Assembly (NCBI GenBank): GCA_001821395.1
Contig: MHLM01000004.1
Coordinates: 1 to 64,000, forward strand
DNA from: Candidatus Lloydbacteria bacterium RIFCSPHIGHO2_02_FULL_50_18
Lineage (GTDB): Bacteria > Patescibacteriota > Minisyncoccia > Phycocordibacterales > UBA6899
Length of the DNA: 64,000 bases
Direction: 5' to 3'
The stretch's first letter is position 1; every line of letters begins with the position of its first letter. Under the pieces are notes generated by a model. That model saw only the letters and a program-made list of their open reading frames with translations. It did not search any database and was not told the origin of the DNA. Below, piece by piece: positions 8,929-17,914 of the stretch. A program made the translations under genes and the position numbers.

Positions 8929-9195
8929 CTATGCCTTATGTTGTTTCAAGAAATCATCCTTGATTTTTCGCTTGAATCTTGAGCCCCACAGACTTTTTAG
9001 AAATCGTTCTCGATTGAAGGCGTCAGCTTTGTTTTCAAATACTTCCTGATGTATACACACCAAGGAAAGTCTGTGTTTAGTCGCTGGTATTTCACCGCGC
9101 TGGTGTCTTCCGAGTCTTTTTTCTATATCTGAAGTACATCCCACATATAGCTTCAAGTCTTTTTCGCTATAGAGAATGTAAACGACATAAGGCAT
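8929..9195 (-). CDS. GIY-YIG nuclease family protein (UPF0213-like)
   Basis: YVVYILYSEKDLKLYVGCTSDIEKRLGRHQRG matches the GIY-YIG core. Confidence 0.75.
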   Translation of the reverse strand: MPYVVYILYSEKDLKLYVGCTSDIEKRLGRHQRGEIPATKHRLSLVCIHQEVFENKADAFNRERFLKSLWGSRFKRKIKDDFLKQHKA

Positions 9196-9218
9196 AACAA
9201 ACTAAATTTTCAAAGAGC

Positions 9219-9692
9219 TTATCTCAAATGTCTGCTGATCTTCTCAACCCCGCGCTTCACTTCTCTGGCAATATCGCGAAGGGCCTCACGTTTTTTTATC
9301 GACTCACGCTTGTCGCCTTTTTTCTTTCCACGGGCAATCGCAAATCGGAGTTTAATGACCCTTCCTTTATTATACATCGAAAGTGGGACTAATGTCAATC
9401 CAGCCTTTTCCTCTGCACTTGCGAGCTCAGCGAGTTCTTTTTTTGTGAGCAAAAGCCGTCGATTTCGGACCGGATTATAGTCTCCGCTGGTGTTTTGGGG
9501 CTGGTAGGGCTGAATTTCAGCGTTGATCAGAAACGCCTCCCCACCGCGTACGGTAATGTGCGCACCTTCCAGCTTGCCTCGGTGTTCTCGCAGTGATTTC
9601 ACTTCGGTACCAAAAAGCTGAATGCCCGCCTCGAAATGCTCGAGGAGTTCATAGTCAAAATGCGCCCGTTTGTGTTCGATCAAATTACTCAT
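9219..9692 (-). CDS. smpB: SsrA-binding protein SmpB
   Basis: Conserved SmpB blocks KSLREHRGKLEGAH, NPVRNRRLLLTKKE, GLTLVPLSMY; start trimmed to MSNLIEHKR (track ORF carries a 20-aa extension). Confidence 0.85.
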   Translation of the reverse strand: MSNLIEHKRAHFDYELLEHFEAGIQLFGTEVKSLREHRGKLEGAHITVRGGEAFLINAEIQPYQPQNTSGDYNPVRNRRLLLTKKELAELASAEEKAGLTLVPLSMYNKGRVIKLRFAIARGKKKGDKRESIKKREALRDIAREVKRGVEKISRHLR

Positions 9693-9829
9693 ATGGTACG
9701 GTATCGTCATACTACTACGTCTGGCGAGGAAGGAAAACAGGCAAGCCTCCATTTTTTTGCAGATTTTCCCAGTTATTCACGATATCGGGTTTTCCGCTCC
9801 GGCGGGCTCTCTGCTATACTGTCTCCAAT

Positions 9830-11911
9830 ATGGACTTTAATCAATTCAACAGGGGAGATGGGGCGGAAAAAAAAGATAAGAAGGGAAAAGACAATGGACC
9901 TGTGGCACCATCATTCTTTTCGAATATGCTCACGGTGTTATTGGTTTTTCTGCTCATTGTTTCCGCTTATTCGTTCTTTGCGGATAAAAAAGCGAAGATC
10001 GAAGTGGTCTCACTGTCGCAGCTGGCGACTGATGTGCGCCAAGTGCGTATCTCTACGATAGATATCGAGGGGACAGACTTGCATCTCACGTATGTTGACG
10101 GTATGAAAAAGGAGTCAAAAAAAGAACTTGAAGCTTCATTCTCGGATACAATGAAGAATTACGGGGTCCTGCCCGAAGAACTCTCCGCGGTAAAGGTTGC
10201 GATCAAAGAACCAAGTGGTCTCGCCTACTGGCTGTATGCACTTGCACCGTTTTTCTTCCCGCTTCTGTTCCTTGGAATCATCATTTGGTTCCTCACGCGC
10301 CAGGTAAAGCAGTCCGGTGGCATGCAGGCGTTTTCGTTTGGACAATCAAAAGCGCGCGTCATCTATCCTGATGATACGGCGCAGAAGGTCACCTTCAAGG
10401 ATGTTGCCGGCGTCAAAGAAGCAAAAGAAGAACTCCAGGAGATTGTTGAATTCTTGAGGGAGCCGAAGAAATTTTTGGAGATTGGCGCACAGATCCCGAA
10501 GGGGGTGATGCTGATGGGGGGGCCAGGTACCGGAAAGACCTTGCTCGCGCGCGCGGTCGCGGGCGAGGCGGGTGTGCCGTTCTTCCATCTTTCCGGTTCT
10601 GAATTTGTTGAAATGTTCGTTGGTGTCGGTGCATCCCGTGTACGTGATCTTTTCCGTATGGTGAAGAAGGAGGCTCCTGCAATCATTTTCATTGATGAGA
10701 TCGATGCTGTTGGACGAGTACGCGGTGGCGGAGTCGGAGGAGGAAATGACGAGCGTGAACAGACATTGAATCAAATTCTCGTCGAAATGGACGGATTTGA
10801 GCCAAACGAGAAAGTGATCGTCATGGCCGCGACCAATAGACCAGACGTGCTTGATCCTGCCTTGCTTCGCCCCGGACGTTTCGATCGCCGTGTTATCCTC
10901 GATCTCCCCGACCTTGCAGACCGTGAGCAGATATTGACCATTCACGCACGCAAAAAACCGCTTGGCGAAGACGTCAATTTGCATGTGATCGCTGAACGCA
11001 CCCCCGGATTTTCCGGTGCAGATCTGTATTCGCTCATGAACGAGGGAGCGATCCTCGCGGCGCGCGAAAGCAGAAAAAAGGTTTCGCAGTATGACCTCAT
11101 TCGCTCGATCGAGAAGGTGATGATCGGGCCTGAGCGGAAGAGTCATATCTTGAACACGGATGAGAAGAAGATCACCGCATATCATGAAGGTGGTCATGCG
11201 CTGCTTGCGTCACTCCTCGCGTACGCAGATCCTGTGCATAAGATCTCGATCATTTCACGCGGACACGCCGCCGGGTATACGCTCAAGCTTCCTCTCGAGG
11301 AACGCGTTTTCCATTCACGAAAAGAATTTCTTGATGACATTACGGTGTCCTTGGGCGGCTATGTCGCCGAGCTGATGATGTTTGATGACCTTACGACGGG
11401 TCCGTCGAATGACCTTCAGGTGGCGACAGGGCTCGCACGCGATATGGTCTCGAAATATGGAATGTCCTCAACGATGGGGCCGATCGCCTTTGAGGCTTCG
11501 GGCAGCATCTTGCTCGGGCGTGGCGGATTCGTCGAACGTGAGTATTCACAAGATGTTGCGAGACGCATTGATATTGAGGTGGAGAAGATCATGAATGACT
11601 GTTTGGTCCGCGCAAAAGACCTCCTCATCAAATATAAACCTGTGCTCGATGCGATCGCGATGGAATTGATTCGCGTGGAATCGATCGAACGGGAAGAATA
11701 CGAGAAGTTGCTCACCCTTCACGGGATAAAACCAAAGGTGAAAATAGGCGATGAAGTCTATGTTGCCCCACAGGCTAATCCGAACGCAGTGCCTACGGTG
11801 ACGCACGGACACGTTGAAAGTCATGTCGGGCTCCTAAAAGAGAAAAGCGAGGGCGAAGAGAATGACGAGATAAAACCCGTTCGTCGTCAGAAGCGACACG
11901 ACGGAACATAG
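9830..11911 (+). CDS. ftsH: ATP-dependent zinc metalloprotease FtsH
   Basis: Two N-terminal TM segments, AAA Walker A GPPGTGKT, second region of homology, HEGGHAL zinc site; start set to ATG 9830 because the track GTG at 9593 overlaps smpB. Confidence 0.95.
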   Translation: MDFNQFNRGDGAEKKDKKGKDNGPVAPSFFSNMLTVLLVFLLIVSAYSFFADKKAKIEVVSLSQLATDVRQVRISTIDIEGTDLHLTYVDGMKKESKKELEASFSDTMKNYGVLPEELSAVKVAIKEPSGLAYWLYALAPFFFPLLFLGIIIWFLTRQVKQSGGMQAFSFGQSKARVIYPDDTAQKVTFKDVAGVKEAKEELQEIVEFLREPKKFLEIGAQIPKGVMLMGGPGTGKTLLARAVAGEAGVPFFHLSGSEFVEMFVGVGASRVRDLFRMVKKEAPAIIFIDEIDAVGRVRGGGVGGGNDEREQTLNQILVEMDGFEPNEKVIVMAATNRPDVLDPALLRPGRFDRRVILDLPDLADREQILTIHARKKPLGEDVNLHVIAERTPGFSGADLYSLMNEGAILAARESRKKVSQYDLIRSIEKVMIGPERKSHILNTDEKKITAYHEGGHALLASLLAYADPVHKISIISRGHAAGYTLKLPLEERVFHSRKEFLDDITVSLGGYVAELMMFDDLTTGPSNDLQVATGLARDMVSKYGMSSTMGPIAFEASGSILLGRGGFVEREYSQDVARRIDIEVEKIMNDCLVRAKDLLIKYKPVLDAIAMELIRVESIEREEYEKLLTLHGIKPKVKIGDEVYVAPQANPNAVPTVTHGHVESHVGLLKEKSEGEENDEIKPVRRQKRHDGT

Positions 11912-11916
11912 AAACA

Positions 11917-11942
11917 AAAGACCGGCATAAGCCGGTTTTTTG
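11917..11942 (+). terminator. rho-independent terminator after ftsH
   Basis: accggc-ataa-gccggt followed by TTTTTT. Confidence 0.6.
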
Positions 11943-12028
11943 TTTCGGTAGCATGAAAGCAGTCTTTGCTATTTGTGTTGCACGATGATCTCTGGTAGAC
12001 CGAGGGAAGAGACAGACGGGAGTATGAA

Positions 12029-12430
12029 ATGGCGGAACTGCTATCTTTGAAGCCTTATGCTGCGACGATGGAAGTCTCACTTGAGCTACCGCTCATTACG
12101 ATGCAGGTCGTGCTATGTTTTGGTCCGTTCAACTCGCTTGAAAAGGCGGAAGAGTGGACCGGAGAGGTAGAACGTCTTCATCGGGGAATCGAGACCGAGG
12201 AGGTATCCAAGAGTGGCGAAGTCTTCGACGCGACGGGGCTTCCGACCGGTGCATTCGTTCGGTCGTATGTTCATGGAACGGACATCATTCAAGTTGGTCA
12301 GTCCGCGCGGAAACAGGGAAATCTTATTCCGGTAAACACACCCGAAGTTGACGCGCGCGATCTGCATATCTATGCTCTCCGGGCAATTGAAGAGGCAACA
12401 AATATGGCATTCATGGCGCTCGGTCTGTAG
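12029..12430 (+). CDS. hypothetical protein
   Basis: GGGAG 7 nt before ATG; protein-like composition; followed by a terminator. Confidence 0.45.
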   Translation: MAELLSLKPYAATMEVSLELPLITMQVVLCFGPFNSLEKAEEWTGEVERLHRGIETEEVSKSGEVFDATGLPTGAFVRSYVHGTDIIQVGQSARKQGNLIPVNTPEVDARDLHIYALRAIEEATNMAFMALGL

Positions 12431-12449
12431 CATCGTGCGGTGTCTGAAT

Positions 12450-12474
12450 CAGGGGCGCTCCCCCTGGTTTTTTC
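12450..12474 (+). terminator. rho-independent terminator
   Basis: cagggg-cgctc-cccctg then TTTTTT. Confidence 0.55.
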
Positions 12475-12518
12475 TTTGATTGAATGAAATGCAATAATAG
12501 ATTACTCTATAGGAGTTG

Positions 12519-12676
12519 TACCCACCCGTAGCAGAGTTGGTAAGCCAGCTCACTACGTGAGGCCTGGCTGGCTTTTTCGAAAATGAGCCGGCCACCGCCA
12601 GCGCATTCACACAACTCGTCTTCTCCGTTACACTACGAAGGCGATCTCGAATAGAGCGGTCGTCTTTGGAAAGGCA
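12519..12676 (+). pseudogene. degenerate tRNA 5' fragment (copy of the 5' half of the downstream tRNA-Ile) with a ~111-nt structured element inserted in its D-loop
   Basis: cccacccgtagcAgagttgg ... tagagcggtcgtcttt matches the tRNA at 12860 except D-stem mismatches; no intact 3' half. Confidence 0.5.
12541..12651 (+). ncRNA. copy 1 of a conserved ~112-nt hairpin-rich element (terminator-like hairpin + TTTTT, CACC-loop hairpin, ACACAACTCGTCTTCTCCG and CGATCTCGAA blocks)
   Basis: Same element at 58634..58746 with compensatory changes in two stems (AGCCAG/CTGGCT vs AGCCAA/TTGGCT; GCCGGC..GCCAGC vs GTCGCC..GGCGAC). Confidence 0.55.
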
Positions 12677-12857
12677 GCGAGAGATAAATGAAAGTTCTAC
12701 TTTCATTTGAATCGAGTGAACCTTTCCGTTCTTTGAGAATTTTGTGCACGCATAGCTCAGTTGGTAGAGCGGTCGTCTTTAGAAGAGCAACGAGAGATAA
12801 ATGAAAGTTCTACTTTCTTTTGAATCGAGTGAACTCTTCGCATTCTTTGAAAACTTA
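12677..12857 (+). repeat. two tandem ~110-nt units, each [~77-nt spacer with gaaagt-tct-actttc hairpin] + [tRNA 5' half]
   Basis: Spacers 12677-12745 and 12781-12857 are ~85% identical; second unit contains tRNA 5' half 12746-12780. Confidence 0.6.
12746..12780 (+). other. tRNA 5' half (acceptor GCACGCA, D-arm, anticodon stem GTCGT, loop start CTTT); its matching 3' half is at 12952..12986
   Basis: Acceptor 5' GCACGCA pairs with TGCGTGC at 12979-12985; stems GTCGT/ACGAC perfect. Confidence 0.55.
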
Positions 12858-12859
12858 GT

Positions 12860-12932
12860 CCACCCGTAGCTCAGTTGGTAGAGCGGTCGTCTTATACACG
12901 ATTGGTCCCTGGTTCGAGTCCAGGCGGGTGGA
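12860..12932 (+). tRNA. tRNA-Ile (anticodon UAU; loop CTTATAC), no encoded CCA
   Basis: Hand-folded cloverleaf: acceptor CCACCCG/CGGGTGG, D-stem GCTC/GAGC, anticodon stem GTCGT/ACGAT, T-arm CCTGG-TTCGAGT-CCAGG. Confidence 0.7.
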
Positions 12933-12951
12933 CTCAGTTTTGAAAGAATTT

Positions 12952-12986
12952 ACGACTGGTCCTAGGTTCGAGTCCTAGTGCGTGCA
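12952..12986 (+). other. tRNA 3' half (anticodon-stem 3' strand ACGAC, T-arm CTAGG-TTCGAGT-CCTAG, acceptor TGCGTGC) matching the 5' half at 12746..12780
   Basis: Read directly; separated from its 5' half by ~170 nt that contain the intact tRNA-Ile. Confidence 0.55.
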
Positions 12987-13001
12987 CAAAGATTTGAAAG
13001 G

Positions 13002-13030
13002 CCGTACGATTGGTCCCCGGTTCGACTAAG
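13002..13030 (+). pseudogene. truncated tRNA 3' fragment (ACGAT TGGTC CCCGG TTCGACT then unrelated sequence)
   Basis: Anticodon-stem 3' strand and T-arm 5' strand only; T-stem 3' strand and acceptor are missing. Confidence 0.4.
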
Positions 13031-13160
13031 AGTCAGTAGATTATTTTTTGAAAGCCGGAAGTGCTTTTTTTGAGAGGCAACGCCGCTTAATGCTTGCATG
13101 TTCAGAGTTTTTGATTAGCATGAAGAGTAGCAGCGTACATCAACAAAAAGAGGGGGTGTT

Positions 13161-13715
13161 ATGTTTTTCCTTCGAATGTTTTTATCTCTCGCGTGTGCAC
13201 TGAGTCTCTTTGGGTGCGGAAGCGTCGGATTGCTGACTGTCGATAACAAAGTAAATCTGTCCGTTGGAAGCATGGATACGGTCATCGTGCGTTATGAGGC
13301 GCTTGCAGAGCGAGTCAAGGCGGGGGAGAAGGTCGATCGAAAGTCGGCATTGCTCGCACTCGGGATACTCGATGAGAAAAAAGTGACCGTCGAGAGTCTG
13401 CGTCGCACCGATATCCAGGCATATCTTTTCGGTGGCGCATCGATCTTTGCGGGTGACACGAATGTCATTCAACTGCTTGATCACATGACCGGCGTGCGTA
13501 TTCCATTCATCGAACGTAAGGAGCATATCACCCTCTCTTCTGGGGTGTACGTTAGTACCAATGAATCCGGATATGATTTTGCCATTGTCCTCATTTTCAA
13601 AGATGGCTTCATCCGGAATGCGGACCAGATCGGGGTACTCGCGATCAATCGCACGTCGAAGCGCATCATCTGGAACCCCGCATCGCATATAGATGGTGCT
13701 CCAGGTCGTAAATAG
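13161..13715 (+). CDS. lipoprotein, function unknown
   Basis: Strong RBS AGAGGGGG; signal peptide with lipobox LFGC; antisense ORF 13182..13730 rejected. Confidence 0.6.
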   Translation: MFFLRMFLSLACALSLFGCGSVGLLTVDNKVNLSVGSMDTVIVRYEALAERVKAGEKVDRKSALLALGILDEKKVTVESLRRTDIQAYLFGGASIFAGDTNVIQLLDHMTGVRIPFIERKEHITLSSGVYVSTNESGYDFAIVLIFKDGFIRNADQIGVLAINRTSKRIIWNPASHIDGAPGRK

Positions 13716-13721
13716 TTTTTT

Positions 13722-13748
13722 CACCCCCACTCTCGTGGGGGTGTTTTC
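13722..13748 (+). terminator. rho-independent terminator
   Basis: cacccccac-tctc-gtgggggtg then TTTT. Confidence 0.6.
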
Positions 13749-13789
13749 ATTCCTATTGCGTAACTTTTCGTATGACGTAGCATGAGTGC

Positions 13790-14227
13790 ATGAATATGCA
13801 TATTCGCATCAAGCGGATCGACAAGACACTACCGCTCCCTGAATATAAAACACCCGGTGCGGCGGGTTTTGATCTCTCTGTGCGTGTGACGACGATGATA
13901 CCGGCGCATGTCATTGGCTACGTGCCGCTTAATGTCGTGATCGAGCCGCCAGAGGGTTACTATGTGGCTCTTGTTGCGCGTTCTTCGTTACATAAGCGCG
14001 GCCTCATGCCAGCCAATGGATTCGGGGTTGGTGATCGTGATTTTTGTGGCAATGGTGACGAGTACACTGCCGCATTGTTGAATTTTACTGATCATGACAT
14101 CACCATAGAGCGCGGAGACCGCATTATGCAGGTAGTGATCAGCCCGGTTGCCCGCGTCAACTTTAAAGAAGTGGACGATATGGGCAATGATGATCGCGGT
14201 GGTTTTGGTACGACGGGAGAGAGGTAG
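13790..14227 (+). CDS. dut: dUTP diphosphatase
   Basis: dUTPase motifs GAAGFDL, RSSL, GVGDRDFCG, C-terminal RGGFGTTG. Confidence 0.85.
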   Translation: MNMHIRIKRIDKTLPLPEYKTPGAAGFDLSVRVTTMIPAHVIGYVPLNVVIEPPEGYYVALVARSSLHKRGLMPANGFGVGDRDFCGNGDEYTAALLNFTDHDITIERGDRIMQVVISPVARVNFKEVDDMGNDDRGGFGTTGER

Positions 14228-14238
14228 TAATAAACCTT

Positions 14239-16461
14239 TTATTCAAAATGCGAACGCGTACGCTCTTCCAGCTGCGCCATGAGTGTCGGATATTTCGTGA
14301 GTGAAATATCTTCGCCAAGAATGCGTTTTGCTTCCTCGCGTGCTGCTTCGACCATCTTGAGGTTCTTGATTGCTTCCATGCCGATGTCGGAAATTCCCCA
14401 CTGACGTCCGCCACCAAGTTCACCCGAGCCGCGGAGCGCAAGGTCCATTTCCGAAAGTTCAAAACCATTCTTTGCGGTCGTAAGCGCCTTGAGTCGTTCA
14501 AAAGTTTTGTCGGTCTTCGTCTCAGAAAAGAGAAAGCAATATGCTTGATGGTTACTACGGATCACACGCCCGCGTAATTGGTGGAGCTGTGCAAGACCAA
14601 AGCGTTCCGCGCCCTCTATGATAATGAGTGTGGCGTTCGGGACGTTCACTCCGACTTCAACGACCGACGTTGCGACGAGAATGTCTGTATCACCCGCAGC
14701 AAAGAGCTCCATCACATCGTCTTTCTCAGACGGCTTCATTTTGCTGTGAAGTATATCGATCTGGAATTCGGGAAAGACCTTTTCCTGCAAGCGCTTCGCT
14801 TCTTCCTTGACCGATTTAGCGATGAGCGCCTGTTCTTTGTCCGGATCGGGTTCATCAATGCGCGGGCAAATGATGTACGCTTGCCGTCCCGACCGGATCT
14901 CCGCGCGGATCATTTCGTAGACCGTTTCGCGTTTTCCGGGTGGGACGATCTCGGTGATGACGGGCTTTCTTCCTGACGGCATTTGGTCAAGGATCGAAAG
15001 ATCAAGGTCGCCATAAAGCGTGAGCGCTAAGGTGCGGGGGATAGGGGTAGCGGTCATTGAGAGGAAGTGCGGCGCGCGCGTGGCGTCGCCTGTTTCTTTT
15101 TGGACAAGTTTCGCGCGTTGCTTTGTTCCGAAACGATGTTGTTCGTCGATGATGACATATGCCAAATGTTTCCATTTTACACTTTTCTGGATGAGTGCAT
15201 GTGTACCGATCACGATGGGGATCTCTCCGTTCGCGACCCATTTCAAGAATTGCGTCCGGGAAACATCGGTCCACCCTCCCGAATTCACCTTTGAGGGAAA
15301 CTTGCGGCAGCCGGACCCTGTGATAAGACCGATGGTCATTCCCGTTCCGACAAAGTATTGAATGAATGATTCAAAGTGTTGGGTCGCGAGAATTTCCGTC
15401 GGGCACATATATGCGACCTGGAGTGCCCCGTAGGTTTGTCCGCTTGGCCGTGTGGTGACGGCGGCAAACGTCGTCGCGGCGGCAACAGCGGTCTTTCCGC
15501 TGCCTACGTCGCCCTCGAGGAGACGGAGCATTGCTCGTGATGAGGCGAAGTCGGCAAAGATCGTGTTGACGGCGCGCTCTTGGGCGTCGGTAAGAGGAAA
15601 TCCCAAACGCGCAACGAATTCCTCGACCCTTTTTTTGTCGGGAGTAATAAGGAATGTCGGATTTTGCTCATACAGCATGCGCGCCTGTTGGCGTTCGAGT
15701 TGAATGAAAAAGATCTCCTCAAATGCGAAACGCTTTCGTGCGGAGAGCGAATGCCGTTCTTCGCGTGGAGCATGGAGCCATACGAGCGCCGTCGCGAGTG
15801 AGGGAAGGCTATACCGTAGGAGCACATCGGAGGGTATCGGGTCGACGAGCAAGGTAAGGATGCCGCTTGCCGTTACGCGGCGAATGGAATGATAGAACCA
15901 ACGCGAGGTGATTCCTCTCGACTCCGGATACACGGGCAAGAATCGGTCTTCGGGGTCGATCCCGCCTTCGTTGAAGAGCGATGGCCCCGTATCGCGCGGT
16001 AGTTCAGGGATCTTTTCTATTTCGGGATTGATGAGTGATATGGTCGCGCCGCGTTTTTTTACCGTTCCGGATGCGCGCACAAAATCTCCGGGCTGAACCA
16101 TCTTTGCCATGTATGCTTGGTTGAACCATATCAATTTCATTTTTCCCGTTTTGTCGCGCAGCACCGCTTCGCCCATCGGGACGTGTCCGCGGAAAGACTT
16201 TTTGGTTCCGGTCTTTTCGATCTGGCCGTAGAGGGTGACGCGTTCGCCATCCTCTGCAAGTTCGATCGCGGAGGACTTTCCCGCATCGATGTGCCGTGTA
16301 GGGAGATGATAGAGAAGGTCGCGGAGAGTGAGAAGCCCCAATTTTATCAGTGCCTTTTTTTGCGCGTCGACGAGACGAAAATGTTTTGTGATGAGGTCGG
16401 AGGGATGCATCGGAGCTTTTTCCATACCATCCATCATACGCAATAGGACGGGTGGTGTCAC
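14239..16461 (-). CDS. recG: ATP-dependent DNA helicase RecG
   Basis: N-terminal wedge/OB region, helicase motifs GDVGSGKT, DEQHRFG, QLHQLRGRVIRS. Confidence 0.9.
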   Translation of the reverse strand: MTPPVLLRMMDGMEKAPMHPSDLITKHFRLVDAQKKALIKLGLLTLRDLLYHLPTRHIDAGKSSAIELAEDGERVTLYGQIEKTGTKKSFRGHVPMGEAVLRDKTGKMKLIWFNQAYMAKMVQPGDFVRASGTVKKRGATISLINPEIEKIPELPRDTGPSLFNEGGIDPEDRFLPVYPESRGITSRWFYHSIRRVTASGILTLLVDPIPSDVLLRYSLPSLATALVWLHAPREERHSLSARKRFAFEEIFFIQLERQQARMLYEQNPTFLITPDKKRVEEFVARLGFPLTDAQERAVNTIFADFASSRAMLRLLEGDVGSGKTAVAAATTFAAVTTRPSGQTYGALQVAYMCPTEILATQHFESFIQYFVGTGMTIGLITGSGCRKFPSKVNSGGWTDVSRTQFLKWVANGEIPIVIGTHALIQKSVKWKHLAYVIIDEQHRFGTKQRAKLVQKETGDATRAPHFLSMTATPIPRTLALTLYGDLDLSILDQMPSGRKPVITEIVPPGKRETVYEMIRAEIRSGRQAYIICPRIDEPDPDKEQALIAKSVKEEAKRLQEKVFPEFQIDILHSKMKPSEKDDVMELFAAGDTDILVATSVVEVGVNVPNATLIIIEGAERFGLAQLHQLRGRVIRSNHQAYCFLFSETKTDKTFERLKALTTAKNGFELSEMDLALRGSGELGGGRQWGISDIGMEAIKNLKMVEAAREEAKRILGEDISLTKYPTLMAQLEERTRSHFE

Positions 16462-16510
16462 ATTGAATATTTTGTATGAAATCTTCGCAAATTGCGCCCC
16501 GTACTAACTA

Positions 16511-16539
16511 CATAAGGCTGCCTTATGTAGTTAGGAGGT
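16511..16539. promoter_or_regulatory. 13-bp perfect palindrome taactacataagg ctg ccttatgtagtta between apbE stop and recG start
   Basis: Read directly; overlaps the apbE stop codon. Confidence 0.35.
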
Positions 16540-17415
16540 GAACAGCGTCGCGTCAAAATTTGGTGAACGGAGCGTGGAGGAGTCCGCATTCATGATGAGG
16601 TACTCAAAGGTAAACTCTTTCATGAGAAGAGCGGGGTCTTTGAAAAAGAGCGCAGTCGTCATTGCATCGGCAAGTATCGTCGTATCTGCGACTGCCCACA
16701 CTGCGATGATATTTTTAGGCGATCGCTGTGTGTGGGGATCGATGATGTGATGCATATCTTCCCACGCGCGGCGACTCCCTGATGATCCGCAAATGCTTTT
16801 GTTCACGATATTGATCTTTCCGATCGCTAGGTTCTTGTCGATCGGATGTTCAAGCCCAATGGAAAGAGGATTGCTGCAGCTACCTCGCTGACGAATATCC
16901 CCCCCAGCATTGATATGGTACTGGTTGATACCGTGCTCTTCAAGTAGGAGCCCGACGATATCAATGATGTATCCTTTTCCGATCGCACCGAGATCAAGCT
17001 GTGTCGGAGAGAGCGCTGTAAGTTTCGGAAAGTCATAGATGAGGACGTCATCCCATGCCGGCGGTGCATGCAGTACTCCCTTTTTGAGGGAATAGTGTTT
17101 GTCGTATCCCGCTTCAACGAGCGTGTTCCCGATGAGCGGTGTCACTGCACCTGATGTTGTGTCGTACAATTCCTTATAAAGGTCGAACATCTGTTTTGCA
17201 TCGGCGGGAAGCGTGTATGCACCCGCATGATGTGCGACTTTATCAACCAGTGAGTCATCACGAAATCGTGAATAGGTCGCTTCAAAAAGCTCGATCCGTT
17301 TTCGCAGTGCAAGAAACAACTCCTGCTCTGCCGCAGAGGTCATTTCTTGGTCGATTACGATGTCCCATGATGTTCCTATCGCCTCAAAAGATCGTCTGAC
17401 TATTTCGGATTCCAT
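16531..17415 (-). CDS. apbE: FAD:protein FMN transferase (ApbE family)
   Basis: ApbE-like blocks GAIGKGY, HHIIDPHT; overlaps upstream FMN-binding protein gene (ATGA-type coupling). Confidence 0.8.
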   Translation of the reverse strand: MESEIVRRSFEAIGTSWDIVIDQEMTSAAEQELFLALRKRIELFEATYSRFRDDSLVDKVAHHAGAYTLPADAKQMFDLYKELYDTTSGAVTPLIGNTLVEAGYDKHYSLKKGVLHAPPAWDDVLIYDFPKLTALSPTQLDLGAIGKGYIIDIVGLLLEEHGINQYHINAGGDIRQRGSCSNPLSIGLEHPIDKNLAIGKINIVNKSICGSSGSRRAWEDMHHIIDPHTQRSPKNIIAVWAVADTTILADAMTTALFFKDPALLMKEFTFEYLIMNADSSTLRSPNFDATLFTS

Positions 17416-17888
17416 TATGCTTTTGCTTGTTTTACGATGCTTGCTACTGCCGCGTTGAATCCTTTTCCGGTGAGTGAGGAACCGGAGACGACGCCGATAT
17501 TGATGTCGGTGATCTTCTTTCCTGTGACGAACTCTTTGTAGCCTGCAGCAAAGACCTGCTGATAAAGGACGGATTTTTGCTCCCGTGCATTTTGTTGGAT
17601 TGAGCTATCGACAACGATCCCGTTCTTGAGCGTAAGAGTCACGGTGATGGTTTCCGTGTTTTCGGGTGTCTGGTACGCACCGTCCGCAGTGTAGACACCG
17701 TCGTTGTATGTCGGTGCGGTCACGGTTATCCCGGCAGAGGGAGCTACGGGCTTCTGCGGTTCGGTGGCAACGACAGTTGTGTTTTCCGGGGTTATCGCGA
17801 TCTGGCTGCTTTTTTTGCCGAGCGTGTAATATGCGCCGCCCGCGATCAGGACTGCGACGATGACAATGATGGGTACGAGTTTTGACAT
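17415..17888 (-). CDS. membrane-anchored FMN-binding domain protein (likely flavinylation substrate of ApbE)
   Basis: N-terminal TM helix; C-terminal SGSSLTGKGF resembles the FMN_bind S-G-A-T flavinylation motif; gene order with apbE. Confidence 0.55.
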   Translation of the reverse strand: MSKLVPIIVIVAVLIAGGAYYTLGKKSSQIAITPENTTVVATEPQKPVAPSAGITVTAPTYNDGVYTADGAYQTPENTETITVTLTLKNGIVVDSSIQQNAREQKSVLYQQVFAAGYKEFVTGKKITDINIGVVSGSSLTGKGFNAAVASIVKQAKA

Positions 17889-17914
17889 TCCTTTCTGTGG
17901 ATCATGCATAGGTG

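Larger units (their letters stand above)
1900..8930. mobile_element. putative integrated island / mobile element: Z1 ATPase + C5-MTase + membrane protein + large serine recombinase + flanking repeat arrays; boundaries uncertain
   Basis: Accessory gene content, recombinase, iteron and palindrome arrays; flanked by housekeeping smpB/ftsH on the right. Confidence 0.4.

Noticed and set aside
9593-9829. N-terminal 79-codon extension of the ftsH track ORF (GTG start at 9593)
   Set aside because: Overlaps smpB on the opposite strand; the conserved FtsH N-terminus starts at ATG 9830
12541-12651. Group I or group II intron in the tRNA D-loop
   Set aside because: 112 nt is far below the minimum size of either class and no P1-P9 or domain V-like structure is evident; treated instead as a novel small element
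12650-12860. Possible CRISPR array (regularly spaced ~35-nt repeats with ~77-nt spacers)
   Set aside because: The 'repeats' are tRNA 5' halves and the 'spacers' are 85% identical to each other; no cas genes; not CRISPR
9219-13100. tmRNA (ssrA) near smpB
   Set aside because: Searched by eye for a GGGG-start tRNA-like domain with a terminal T-arm + CCA in the intergenic regions around smpB/ftsH and the tRNA clusters; none found in this window
13182-13730. 182-aa minus-strand ORF antisense to the lipoprotein gene
   Set aside because: The plus-strand ORF has a strong RBS, signal peptide and lipobox; the minus ORF has no features and is a mirror ORF
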